Both the position numbers and the translations under genes were made by a program. From the NCBI RefSeq assembly GCF_006345805.1, contig NC_042999.1, positions 104,284,001-104,348,000 of the forward strand: a stretch of 64,000 bases of DNA, read 5' to 3'. Source of the DNA: Octopus sinensis. Taxonomy: Eukaryota. The notes beneath the pieces were generated by a model, which was not told where the DNA came from, did no database searches, and was given only the letters and a program-made list of their open reading frames with translations. This document shows positions 26,973-40,673 of the stretch, in pieces (position 1 is the first letter of the stretch; every line of letters begins with the position of its first letter).

Positions 26973-27579
26973 ACCAGCCAGGATCCCTGGTCTGGTGGTA
27001 CGTAAAAAGCACTATCCGACTCGTGGCCGTGGCACGTAAAATACTCCAATGCGACCGTACGACAGGCACCCTTGCCAACCCCCTTTGCTTGTGAAGACAT
27101 GTTGGGGCAAGCGAAATCGTAATCGAATTGAACCAGCCAGGATCCCTGGTCTGGTGGTACGTAAAAAGCACTATCCGACTCGTGGCCGATGCCAGCACTG
27201 CCTCGACTGGCTTCCGTGCCGGTGGCACATAAAATACACCAATCTGACCGTGGCCGTTGCCAGCCCTGCCTGGCACCTGTGCAGGTGGCACGTAAAAAGC
27301 ACCCACTACACTCACGGAGTGGTTGGCGTTAGGAAGGGCATCCAGCTGTAGAAACATTGCCAAATTAGACTGGAGCCTGGTGCAGCCTTCTGGCTTCCCA
27401 GAACCCCGGTCGAACCGTCCAACCCATGCTAGCATGGAGAACGGACGTTAAACGACGATGATGATGATGATGATGTACATATATTTCTATATATGTATAT
27501 ATGTACATAAATCTATCTATCTAACTGTGTATACATACTTATGTATATATACATATATATATATATACATACATGCATG

Positions 27580-27611
<32 letters not shown>

Positions 27612-28942
27612 CATACATACATACATACATACACACACATACATACATACATACATACATACATACATACATACATACATAAATACATACACACATACAT
27701 ACATACATACATATACATATGTATATTAGCAAAATTAATGGATTGATAAATATAGGTATTGATATTTATACTTCAGATGAAATGCAAAAATCAAGTGCAG
27801 CAAAAATAAAAGAAGAAGAAAAAAACTGACAAAAATTAATAAAAAACATAAGAAATAAGACGTCACAATGAAACGAAAGTCAAAAATACGTCAAGGAAGT
27901 GAGACATGCAAAAAAGTGAAAAAAATGAAGGCAAAGAAGAGAAAGAGAAGGAAAGAGTGAAGAATAGAGAGAAAGGCATGTGCGTGTGTTAGTGTGCGGA
28001 GGTGATAGAAAGCATGCTGTTGGCGGTGGTGCTGGCTGGTGGAAGCAGCATAGTTTGATATAGCATTTAGTTCTGTAAATAGACTTTATGTATATATATT
28101 TAGAAACTTTCCTCATCATCATCATCATCGTCATCATTGTCATCATTGTTGTCATAGTCGTCGTTGACATCATTGTCGTCATCAATAACAGCAGGGTTAA
28201 GTTAAAAGAGAGTGATTCTCTGTATTTTTCACAAATAAAATAAAAACAAAACAAAAAGTAAAAAAAAAAAACTCCAAAAAAAAACCCCCACCAAAACAAA
28301 ACTACAACACTTCAAAGACAAAAAAAAAAAAAGAAAGAATAAAAAGCCAAAACTAATGCACCAACAAGACATTCTGTCGTCTGAAACACAACCACTGGGC
28401 CACTAAACACCTCCGTCTTTTCTTTGTGTGAATACGCTCTCCCTCCCCTCCATCTCTCTCTTTCACTCACACACACATACACACACTGCTCATATTTTCC
28501 ATTACTCTCTCATCATATCATCATCGTTGTCATCATCATCATCATTCTCATCTCTCTCTCTATTGGTGATTCATATGACCTACACCTCATTTTTTTCTTA
28601 CACATATAAACACGTCCTCCCTACCTCCATCCCCCCTTCCAGCCCCTACCACCGTAGCCAATATTCTGCCACCAGCTACTACACACAGGTTGTATGTTTT
28701 ATCAATAATACACCCAAATTCTACATGAATATCATTTACTGATGAAGTGAGGTGTGCGATTTATTTTTCTATATTTTATTTTTAGTTTCCCTCCTCTTTT
28801 TCTCCTTTATTCTTTCCTTTTTATTATTTGGCATTCTGGCAGAATTGTTAGCACAGTGGACAAAACACTTAACAACACTTCTTCCATTTTTACATCCTGA
28901 GATCAAATTCTGCTAACGCTAGCTTTGCATTTCCGTAAATTA

Positions 28943-29103
28943 CCGTATTTTAACATGTATAAGGAACCCCCTAATTTTGGAGCTTAAAATTTAGAAAAAT
29001 GGTTTTGTAAGGGCTTATGATACTATCCATGTCGAAGAAACTCCCATATTTTTTAAACCTAATTTTTGACGAAAATGGGTTCCTTATCCACGTTAAAATA
29101 TGG
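28943..29103. mobile_element. Tc1/pogo-type MITE with TA target duplication, inserted in a family-2 SINE
   Basis: TA|CCGTATTTTAACATGTATAAGG ... CCTTATCCACGTTAAAATATGG|TA; splits the SINE at AAAT(TA)AGTAC. Confidence 0.8.
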
Positions 29104-30268
29104 TAAGTACTTGTTAAGTACTGGGGTCAATGTAATTGACAACCCCCTCCCCTCAAAATTTCAGGCTTTGAAACTTTAGTAGAAAGAATTATAATTATTA
29201 TTACTACTAAAAATATGGCAGTGAGGTGGTTGAATTGTTAGCATGTCAGGCAAAATGCCTAGTGGCATTTCATCTGTCTTTATGTTCTGAGTTCAAATTC
29301 TGTCAAGGTTCACTTTGCTTTTCTTCCTTTTTGGGGGGATTAATAAAATATGTACCAATTGATTACTAGGGGTTGAAGTAATTGAATACAAAATTTCAGG
29401 TCTTGTGCCTTTAGTAGAAAGGCTTATTATTATTATTATATTATTACTACTAAGAATAATGTAGTGAGATGGTAGAATCTTTAGTATGCTGAGCAAAATG
29501 TTTAATGGTATTTTGCCCATCTTTATGTTCCAGATTCAAATTCTGCCACAGTTCACTTTACTTTTCATCCCTTTTGGGGTGGGTTGATAAAATATGTACA
29601 GGTTGAGTACTGGGGTTGATGTAATTGAATATCCCCTCCCAACAAAATTTCAATCTATATTCCTTTAGTAGAAAAAATCATCATCATCATCATCATCATT
29701 ATCACTACTACTAAAAATAAGGTGGTAAGCTGGGAGGATCATTAGCACGCCGGGAAAAATGCATAGCGGTATTTTGTTCACCTGTATGTTCTGAGTTCAA
29801 ATTTCACTGAGGTCAACTTTGCCTTTCATCCTTTCGGAGTTGATAAATTCAGTACCAGTCAAGTACTGGGATCGATGTGATAGATTAGCCCTCTTTCTAT
29901 ATATTGTGCCTATAGTAGAAAGGGTATCACTACTTAAAATAGTAGAAAGGATAATTCTTTCAGCGTTACATTCTGGGTTCAAATTCTACCAACTTACCCT
30001 CTCCCCTGAAATTTCTGGCCTTGTGCCAAAATTTGAAACCATTATTACTACTCAAAATGTTTGGGTGCTGGACAAAATGCCATGCAGCTTACTCTGAATA
30101 TGGTTTTCATAAAGTAGCTCTTTGTGTTCTGAGTTCAAATCTCAGGTTTGATAAAACAAAGTACCTGTCAAATATTTGTACTTGGGTTGATGGCATTGAC
30201 TAACCTCCTCTATTCAAAATTGCTGGGCTTGTGTCTAAAATCAAAAATCATTAATAATAATAATAATA

Positions 30269-30925
30269 ATGTGTGATGAGAGGTGTGAAACGGTTTGGCA
30301 CATCATTAGCGGATGCTTGAAATTGGCACAACATGAATATAAAAGACGCCATGATAATGTAGCAAGAACGATCCATTGGGAACTCTGTAGGAATCATGGC
30401 CTACAAAGAGCAAAGATGTGGTATCAGCAAACCCCAGAAGGAGTCACCAAAAAAGAGAATTGAGAAATCCTGTGGGATGCAATGATCCAGTGCGATCACC
30501 TGACCAGACATCAGAAACTGGACATTGTTGTATTGAATAAAAAACAAAGAACATGTACGATAATCGACATAGCATGCCCCAGTGACAACAGGATCAATGT
30601 GAAAGAAGAAAAAAATAAACTATAACAATTTATTGTGGGAAATATGAAGATTGTGGCCAATGAAGGGAGCAGATGTGATACAAATAGTAATTGGTGCACT
30701 TGGAAGAATCAGCACTCAACTACCAACATGGCTGAAAAAGATTGGTGCAAGTGTAAAGGTAGAACACCTACAAAAATCAGCACTGCTTGGAATTGCAAGA
30801 ATTCTTCGTTGAGTTCTTGAAGTATGACCAGTAAACAAGTGTCACCTTAGTCTGCTGGCTGTGGACAGCCGAACTTTCCATCATACCCAGCAATATAAGC
30901 TGTGAGTTTTAATACAATAAAAGTA
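30269..30925 (+). mobile_element. R4/Dong-like non-LTR retrotransposon 3' part (CCHC knuckle plus restriction-like endonuclease)
   Basis: CDERCETVWHIISGCLKLAQHEYKRRHDNVARTIHWELC...LDIVVLNKKQRTCTIIDIACPSD...IVIGALG...LQKSALLGIARILR; starts directly after (TAA)n. Confidence 0.9.
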
Positions 30926-30928
30926 ATG

Positions 30929-31235
30929 TTTTCTTTATTGGTTACAGGGCCTAACACAAAACAAAGAAGGACAATACAACACAAGGGACAATTGGGGCTT
31001 GACACAATGTTGTGTATAAAATAAATAACAATAACTATTATCAATAAAATTTGGCAATAAAAATTCTCCAAAAGGAGGTAGTTCCTCACAGAGGCAACTG
31101 ATGAACCCACACATCCTGGTTACCCCAACCACAAGGGGCATATCAGCCGGTGCCTTTCTCCTTCTTAACTCCTCTGGTTTACAAGTGAATGTTCAGAATA
31201 GGACCATCCACATGGGCTATCATCACCACATTCAC
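30929..31235 (-). mobile_element. Tx1/L1-like LINE 3' end
   Basis: ERQVNVVMIAHVDGPILNIHL* followed by a pyrimidine-rich UTR ending AATAAAGAAA; parallels the end of the element at 32640-33480. Confidence 0.5.
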
Positions 31236-31594
31236 CTGCCTTTCATAATAAAAGTTTTGAACTTTGGCACAAGGACTGAAATTTGAGGGGAACAGAATAG
31301 TTGATTACACCAATCCCAGTGTTTCAGTGGTACTTTATTTATCGACCCTGAAAGGATGAAAGGCAAAGTCAACCATGGCAGAATTTGAACTCAGAACATA
31401 ACAATGAGTGAAATACCACTAAACATTTTGTCTAGCATGCTAACAATTCTGCCAGCTTGCCACCTTGACAACAACAAAAATAATGATAATAATAATTCTA
31501 GTTTTTGGCACAAGGCCAGCAGTTTTGATGGGATGGGGAAGCTGATTATATTGCCCTCAGTGCTCAACTGGTATGTATTTTATTGACCCTGAAG

Positions 31595-31637
<43 letters not shown>

Positions 31638-32639
31638 GTAATGTTTTCTGATTTTAGACATAAGATAGGATTTATTTTGAAAAGAGCCTTTCCAAGGACT
31701 TTTTGAAGCTCTGCATAATCCCTTACCTGAAAGTACTCCAGAGGTTACTAATCAAATTGCCTTGGGTAATGTCCAGAACTGTTTTCAAGACATTGTTTCT
31801 CATACACTCCACTAACCTTCAGAGGAATACAGTGTGGATACTTCACTGAATGCTCTGTGCAGCTGGCAGGGTTCAGTGGGTTCCTAGCAACAGTCCAAAT
31901 ATCAGACAGCTAATCTTGGACTGTGCATAGCTCATAAATTTAACTCGGTCAAAGAGCTGACTTAGAAATCTAGCTCAGTCAAAGAGAGGAGCTCTTATTA
32001 TAATGTAATAAGAATCCATTCTATTATAGGCACAAGGCCCAAAATTTTGGGGGAAATGATAGTTGACTACACTTTAATAATAATAAGTGTTCAACTGGTA
32101 CTTCTTTCATCAACCTAGAGGGATGAAAAGGAAAGATGACCTTGGTGGAATTTTAACTCAGGAGATCATGATGGATGAAAGGCTGCTAAGTATTTTGTCC
32201 AGTGTGCTAATGATTCTGCCAGCTCACCACCTTAAGGATGAAATAATAATAATAATGATAATGATGATGATAGTAATCCTTTCTGTTATAGGCTCAAAGC
32301 CTGAAATTTGGAGAGAGGGGTTTAGTTGATTTCATTGACCCCAGTGTCTCACTGGTACTCAATTTATCGACCCTGAAAGGATGAAAGGCAAAGCCGACCT
32401 CAGTGGAATTTGAATTCAGAATGTAGCAACAGGCAAAATATCACTAAGCATTTTGTCCAGCATGTTGACAATTCTGCCTGCTCACCACCTTTAATAATAA
32501 TAATAATAATAATAATGATGATAATTATTTATAATAGCAATAAAATTGAACTCTGAACATACAGAGCCAGAACAAGTTCCACAAAGCACTTTTTCTGACA
32601 CTTTAATGATTCTGCCAATTCAAAACCATGAGAACAGCA

Positions 32640-33480
32640 ATAATAATGATTGCTTTTATAGGCCTATAAGGCCTAAGATATTAAGAACAATACAAGGATG
32701 AAATAGAAACACAAAAATTGGGTTTACAATGAGGAAAAAGAGGTTAATAGAAACAAAGAATATACCATTAAAATTCAACAACAACAAAAATTCTCAATAA
32801 TAGGGAAAGATGACCATACAAAGACCTAGATTGTTCTATTGCATCCAAGACATCAAAAGTGTGTTTTCCTGTTTTATTTCCTCCGACTTTAGGAAAACCG
32901 TATTCAGAGTAAGCTCATTCAGCCTTTCCAGATTTGCCACTCTCATCCATCTTTCATTAAACTTATTTGAAAACAGTACTTCTCTCTCTAACCTCATGTT
33001 CCTCTTTAAGTGGTATTTGAAAAACGTAAATGGCTGTTTGGTTAGAGATGAAGACACTGTTTCAAAGGCATTCACCATACCACTTCTACTAAAGCCCCAG
33101 AAAGAGAAAGGCTTGTTGCCCTTTCTTGCTTAAGGAAAGACGTACAACAATTTTTACTGTAGGCTTGATAGCAAGATTCATTCTCCATGTGACAACTTCT
33201 GTTTGACACAGGCTGTTTAGATACTCAATGGCCTCAATATCCTCTAGGATACTGTGAATCAACATGACTGGAACAATATCCAATCTAGTCCCACCAGTAC
33301 AACAATCCAATCATCCTTTGACCGTTACTATCTCATCTGCCTCTGGACTACCCCACAACCAAATACGTTTCTGAACAAAGTATCCTCTTTGAGTGCACAT
33401 GCACTGGCATTGTTTTTCACTTTGGTCTCCTCTTGCATGTGTCACATGAATTCCACTGTGAGGCTACTCTTGATGAGTTG
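32640..33480 (-). mobile_element. Tx1/L1-like LINE, degenerate 3' part
   Basis: FFKYHLKRNMRLEREVLFSNKFNERWMRVANL resembles recalled Tx1-clade ORF2 C-termini; the upstream frame is broken. Confidence 0.55.
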
Positions 33481-34429
33481 AGATTGCCCTACCCTCTTTT
33501 TATTACTGTACTGAATGATGTTCTGAAAGGAATCTCAACACAGCTGTTTTCCTGTCATATAACTAAAGTGTTTTAACATCAACTATGGAGACAATAGGAA
33601 TCTGATAGCATAAACCTTTTCCTAGTCAATGAGGTTAAGTTACTTGTCTGGGACACAATGTGTTGTGACATATTCTACAGTGTCAACCATATTGCTTTAG
33701 TTATAATCCAGAGCACTACTGAAGATGAATGCCCAGTCATTAATGGAAAGATTCCTTTATGCATTGGTTGTTGTTGCGACATCTGTTGAGCTTTGACTCT
33801 GAACTGACAGAAGAAGATGATACTCTCTTATTGTCATCATTAACATCATTGTTTTAACACTCACTTTTCCATTTATTTTTTTTTGCATGAGTCAGACAGA
33901 ATTTGATGAGGCATATATTCTATGCCCAGTTACCCGTTCATTCCCCGACATTCACTGTTTCCAAGAAAGGTAATATTTCTGTATGTTTTACATGGAAGAT
34001 TGGAAACCAAATACACCACTTGAATGAGGATGACCCTCATTCCCAACTATCATGTGATGTCAAAACAAGGAAACACAAACACACACTCTTGTACATACAT
34101 ACATATATCTATATCTACATATAGCTATACATATATGGGTGTATGTATTTATATACACACACACACCACACACACAAGAGTAAACAAGAGAGAAAGAAAC
34201 AGGCAGAAACAAGAAAAATGCCACTTGTATTTGAACTCTATGCAAATATTCTTTTAAAAAAACTTTTCTGTTAATTTTTCCAAAATTTAATTGTTTTCCA
34301 TACTTGCAGTTGAAAAAGTCTCAATGACTGAAACCCTTACTGAAATGTTTTTTATAAAATTATTTTAGCATTTTCTGTCTTGACTTTTTTTTCCATATAT
34401 ATATATATATTTGAGAGAAGTATCTAGAA

Positions 34430-36230
34430 GATCCAAAGAGTGTTGGGTAATACTAGTAAGTGATGTGGATAGACCTTGGTTCGATTATGATATGAGTGAG
34501 GAGTCTAATGTGGGTCTTGTATTAGCATGCACATATATATTAGACAAAATGAAATAACAAATCCAAAGCTGTGAGGAGTTTTCAGGACATTTATAATGAA
34601 ATAGTCTTACAGCTGTTTCTGGGATATTATGGATATCCCCTCATCAGAGACGGTGTGAGAATATATTTGAATTTGAATTATTGTGGAAAAGGAGGAGATA
34701 GGGAATATAGAGGTAAATAAGAGAATGAAAGTAAAAATAGGTTATATAAAGTTCCATATTTCGAGGAAAATGGTGTATAGAAGTGGTAAAAAAGTTTCCT
34801 GTACATGGAATGTAAGTTCCCATAGCAGTTCATATCTAGCCATTTCAAAGCATGGAGCCATGGAATCAGTGTTGCTTGTTTGAAAAGGTTTTGTGGTGTG
34901 AATGAAAATTTGAGAATGTACTGGTAATATTTGTGGATAGATGGAGGGAGGAGAGATGTGTATGATTAGAAAGAGGAGATAGGTCAAATTTAAAACAGGA
35001 AGAGAAAATGAGAGGAAGAAAGGGAGAAAAAGAAAAAAGACAAAAGAAAAAAGAGAGAAAAACAAAGAGTGAAAAAAGTGAAGAAAGGGTGAAAGAAGTG
35101 AGAAAGGGAGTTGTAGTTGGTGGTCAAGATAATGTGATGGGAGGATGGGAGAGTTGTGGGGGAGGGATAGGAAGAGATGAGAAGGTAAGGAGTAAAAGAA
35201 TATGTGAGTAGGGGTGATATGACAGAGCTGCATTAAGGGATGGGTAGAGAAAAGATAGACAAAAGGCATGGTAGGGGTGATACGGAAGTGAGTAGTAATT
35301 TTGGTAGTAAAATTTGAGGTGGAGGGAAGAATACAAGGATGTCAAATTACTATAAATAGACATATGTGATAGGTAGGAATAGGAGAGGAGGAAATAAGGT
35401 ATATATATATATCTTATTTCTACTTTCATTCTCTTATTTCCTTCTGTATTCCCTATCTCCTCCTTTTCCACAATAATTTGAGCTCAAATATTTTGTCACA
35501 CCATCTCTGATGAAGGGATATCCATACACATCTTTATCTTATCTGATTCTTGGCTTATGACTAATATATAGATAGCATATTCCATAAGTAAATGCCCTGA
35601 GCAGTCTTTATAGAAACCACCTAATAAGTAATTAATTAAGTACACGAATGAATATTAAACTGACTCTATGTAATCTTTCCTTTTTAATGTTGATAATTCA
35701 CATATACACACATTTTACCTATTTTGGTTGCGATATCATTTTTGATATTCTTAAATTTTATTTTTTATACAACATAATATTGTTTATAAAGAATCACCCA
35801 TAGTACCACACAATAAAATTTCCTCTGTATTAACATCCTAGGTTTTATTAGCTTCTTGCCCATTTAGCTGGTTATTAACAACATGATTTAGAGTCTTCCC
35901 CTACCCAGCCTCCTTTTATAAACAGTTACTCTATATCCAATTGACTACTCTTAATGTCTTCTTTCCTCTCCGAGGAAAAGAGATACATATGACAATATTC
36001 ATGACCATACCTCGCCATAAGCTGTCAACTCACTCTTGCCCTTCATTCTAAACAGACACGGACCTCTAGTCTTTGATTTAGCTGTCGATAAACAGACAAA
36101 TAAATTAGAAATGAACCACAATCCTTTACAAGCTATGACCCCAGTGGGCTTCATGCAATTCTTGGAAGTGTAGTCTATTCTTAGCTATAATAGTGACAAC
36201 ATGAATTTTTTCCGTTAAAGTATTTGAGAA
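34430..36230. mobile_element. Penelope-like element relic with inverted pseudo-LTR segments
   Basis: 34628-34745 and 35408-35526 are inverted copies, both containing the hammerhead 5' half; weak GIY-YIG-like remnants near 35770-36110. Confidence 0.5.
34604..34651 (-). ncRNA. Minimal type-I hammerhead ribozyme motif in a Penelope-type pseudo-LTR
   Basis: Minus strand: GTCT / CTGATGA / G-GGGATAT-CCATA-ATATCCC-A / GAAA / CAGCTG-TA / AGAC. Stem I 4 bp, stem II 7 bp, perfect palindrome ACAGCTGT as stem III, GUA triplet. Confidence 0.75.
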
Positions 36231-36394
36231 AAATTATATTAATGTGTCCAACTGGTTAAAATTCTATTTATTTATTTGTGCAACTAAAGATGACACTGCA
36301 TTTAAATTGCTGTAATGATTACATTGTTGAATTAAATAGATCCACTTGAAATGCTCGTACTGCATCACTACTTGAAATCCTGTTGCTTATTTTG

Positions 36395-36432
<38 letters not shown>

Positions 36433-36763
36433 AATGTATATGTGTGTGCGTGTGATATATGTATATATCTGTGTGTGTCTTTGTGTCTTTGTTTGTACCC
36501 CAATCGCCACTTGACAACTGGTGTTGGTGTGGCAAAAGAGACTGACAGAATAAGTACTAGGCTTTAAAAAACATCCTGGGGTTGATTTGTTCAACTAAAA
36601 CCTTTCAATATGGAACTCCAGCATGGCCACAGTCAAATGACTGAAACAAGTAAAAGAATAAAAGAATATATATACATATATTAGAAGAAATGAGGTACTC
36701 AGAAAACTGGATGGTTTTATATTTACAGATATTTATTAATATGTCACGTGTTTTTATAAATCA

Positions 36764-37276
36764 CTAGCAGTATCGCCTGGCGTTGCTCGGGTTTGTAAGG
36801 AAAATAACTATATAAGCATTTTTAGAGAGTTACTTCCCTTATAGATGCCAATTCGGGCTTTCTTAGCCATTTCTGTTTTGGTGTCTTCAAGCCATGAAGT
36901 CGTTGTTCTAAAAGAACGCTGGTCTCCTTGACAACGCTTTACGACGTTGATTTCCTTACACTCCCTTCCCCACAGCTTCACGAGGGAGGGAAGAAGGGGG
37001 AGAAGCAAACAGGTGCAGGTGTGACCATGGACGCCAACTCCGCCGTCATCGACACATGAAAAATTATGCATTAAAATGGAATAAAAAATGATGTTAAATT
37101 ATTTTTAAAATCGTAGACTCATCGTAGACGCACGCTAATACTCAGACGGGCTCGATATGAATCACGACTATAAGATACCCAAATTTGGTTAAACTGCACC
37201 GCAAAATGTGGGAGTAGTTAGGAATCTAATTCGAAGGGGACAGACACTCACACAACTACAGTTTTATATATATAGA
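36764..37276 (-). mobile_element. Non-autonomous Helitron, type A with different internal segment
   Basis: Same termini as 4754-5152; ~36840-37065 is not present in that copy. Confidence 0.8.
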
Positions 37277-37466
37277 TATATTAGCACTTGCGTCCACTCT
37301 AGTGGAGTCATCAGATTGAACTTTTTCAGGAATTTTGTCTCTTTTTATAGTATTATTGAGTGTGTAGGGGTGGAAAGAGATATAAAATAGTACAAGAGGG
37401 TGAGGAATGGGGAGAAAGTGAGAGAGAGTGCGTGTGTGTGTGTGTTTGAATATATACACACACATG

Positions 37467-37499
<33 letters not shown>

Positions 37500-39288
37500 T
37501 ATATAATATATATATATATATACATGTATATGTGTTTGTACATATATATATATATAATATATATATATATACACACACAATGGGCTTCTTTCAGTTTTTG
37601 TCAACCAAATCCACTCACAAGGCTATAGCAGAAGGCACTTGCCCAGGGTATCACTCAGTGAAACTGAACCCAGATCCTTCTGGTTGGGAAGCAAACTTCT
37701 TATCACACAGCCACTGCTGTGTCATCTGTTATAATCTCATTCATATCCTGAGAGAGTTATAGGAATATTAAAATCAACACCCAACACTTGATTTGTATTT
37801 TATCACTTATACCTATTAGAAGAATGAAATGCAAAGTTAACCATGACAGAATCTGCGCTATAGAAAAAAAAACAAAAAACAAAAAAAAATGTAATGAAAT
37901 GCTGTAGAAATATTGGTTTTAAATTATGGTACAGGGCCAGCAATTTTAGGGGAGGGGTAAGTTGGTTCCATCAACCACAGTATTCAATTGGCACTTATTT
38001 TATCAACCCCTAAGGGAGGAAAGGCAAAGCTGACTGTGGTGGAGTTTTGAACTCAGAACATGAAGACAGACAAAACGTTACTAAGCATTTTGCCTGATGT
38101 TATTCTGTTACTTGTTTTAGTCATTTGACCGTGGCCATGCTCGAGCAGTACTTTAAAGGGTTTTTATTCACAGAAATCGACCCCAGGACTTTGTAAGTCT
38201 AGTAAGAATTTGTTAGCCTAGTACTTATTCTATTGGTCTCTTTTGCTAAACTGCTAAGTTACGGGGACATAAAAACACCAACATTGGTTGTCAAGTGATG
38301 GTTGGGGGACAAGCACAGACATAAAGACATTCCATCTACCAAATCCACTCACAAGGTTGTTTGTTCGGCTCGAGGCTATAGTAGAAGACACTTACCCAAG
38401 GTGCCACACAATGGGTCTGAACCCAGAACCATGTGGTTGGGAAGCAAGCTTCTTACCATTCAACCATGCCTGTGCCTAGTGCCTCTTCCTCCTCCTCCTC
38501 CTCATTTGTCTGTTTTCCATGCTGTCATGGATTGGATGGCTTGGCAGGAACTGGAAAGGTCAAAGGCTGCACAAAGTTCCATGGTCTGCTTTGGGTTGGC
38601 TTCTATTGCTGGATGCCCTTCCTGATGCCAACCACTTTACAGAGAAGGGGTGGTAGCTAGTGATAGTGATATTAATCCTTTCTACCTTGTGCACAAGGCT
38701 TGAAATTTCATGGGCGATGGGGTGTGTGAAAAGTTGATAACGTCAATCCCAATGCTTAACTGGTACTTATTTTGTCAACCACGTGGAAGGCAAACTCAAA
38801 TTCAGAAGAATTTGAACTCAAGGTGATAATATTATTGATCAACACAAACATCTATGTTCTTGTTTCTTCTCATAAAAAAAACCAAAAAAAAAAAACCAGT
38901 ATTAGGAATTCCACTGATAGTAATAATTCTTGTTCACTACTATGTCAAACAACAACCACTACCGGAAAAACCACCTGCACAAACATCATTGACACCAGAC
39001 CACCTTCGCCACCATCGCCGCTGCCACCACCTCAGCCACTGCTGCCGCCGCCACCAACACCAGCACCACCAGCACCATCAGCACCAGCACCACCACCACC
39101 GCTGCTGCTGCCGCCACTGCCGCCATTACCACCACCATCATCATTACCACAACCACCCCATCACCTTTAGAACAAATAAGAAAAATATAGCAACTTCAAA
39201 GCAAAAGATACCTATAGGATTTATATCAATAGTGTCGATGAGAATGGTGACATGACAACGAAGATATTGATGATAATAATGATGATGA

Positions 39289-39327
<39 letters not shown>

Positions 39328-39838
39328 AAGTGGTGATAATTGATGTTGGTGGTTTGCAGAAACAGTAGGAGGTGAGTAGTTTTTTGACACATAATTAGAT
39401 AGAAGTTGGCAGGAAGATTCCTCACCCATCAATAAAAACGAACCAAACCTCCTTCCATTCTACTCTTAAACCTTTTCTTCTTTCTTAGTTTCTTCCTCTT
39501 TCTCGCTTTTCCCCCCTCTTTTTATTTTTATTCAACACTTACATTCCCACATATATACATAAAGATACACTCACATACATATACATATGCATCCACATAT
39601 CTGTATTCATGCACTTTTTGAAAAAAACAAAGCAGAAAATGCTAATAATAAGTATACATACATGTATGCATACATACATGCATACATACATATGTATAAT
39701 ATATATATCGTATATATATGTATGCATATACATATATACTCATATCTACATATTTATGAATATGCATATATGAATAAATATATATCTATATAGGTGTGTG
39801 TGTTTGTATATATAGTATATATATATATATATATATAT

Positions 39839-39875
<37 letters not shown>

Positions 39876-40134
39876 CACATATAAATAAATAAAAATATAT
39901 ATATATATAAATTTGCACATACACATGTAGGCATGTGTGCTTGTGTGTGTGTGTGTGTCTGTGTGTGTGTGCTTATTTTGTGGAGGTTGGTGACTGGAAG
40001 TGGAAGTGTATGGGGAGGTGTAAATATTGGATATAAAAGTAAGGTAAGAAAGAATTCTCATCGCATTTCCCAGACCTCGTCTCTCTTTTGATGAGAGACG
40101 AGGTCTGGAGGCTTGACTAACTGACTAAAGAAGA

Positions 40135-40230
<96 letters not shown>

Positions 40231-40235
40231 ATACA

Positions 40236-40319
<84 letters not shown>

Positions 40320-40391
40320 ATACATACACACACACAAATATATATATATATAGAAATATACACACACATACAAACATATATACATGCTCTT

Positions 40392-40426
<35 letters not shown>

Positions 40427-40610
40427 CACATTATTAATCTGAAATCAGTTCAAACATTGAAGTTTCTTTTTATTATAGTTATAGTTTATATTTAATTGCC
40501 CCAAACAGATAATCACTTTATCTTTTACACTTGGAAAAAAAAAAAAAAAAAAAGAGAACAGAATGATGAGGCTGGAGAAGAAAAATAAAAGTGCAAAACA
40601 TGCAACAACA

Positions 40611-40673
40611 AAATGTGAAACAACACTAAATGTGAAACAACACTAAATGTGAAACAACACTAAATGTGAAACA
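40611..40673 (+). repeat. 17-bp minisatellite (AAATGTGAAACAACACT) x3.7
   Basis: Perfect head-to-tail copies without spacers. Confidence 0.95.

Noticed and set aside
27880-28299. Acidic/poly-Met ORFs suggesting a protein C-terminus
   Set aside because: (CAT)n-derived; the acidic frame has a stop just after the only plausible acceptor.
40611-40673. 17-bp repeat as a CRISPR array (also the 15-17-bp triplication at 62863-62910)
   Set aside because: No spacers; eukaryotic context; simple slippage repeats.
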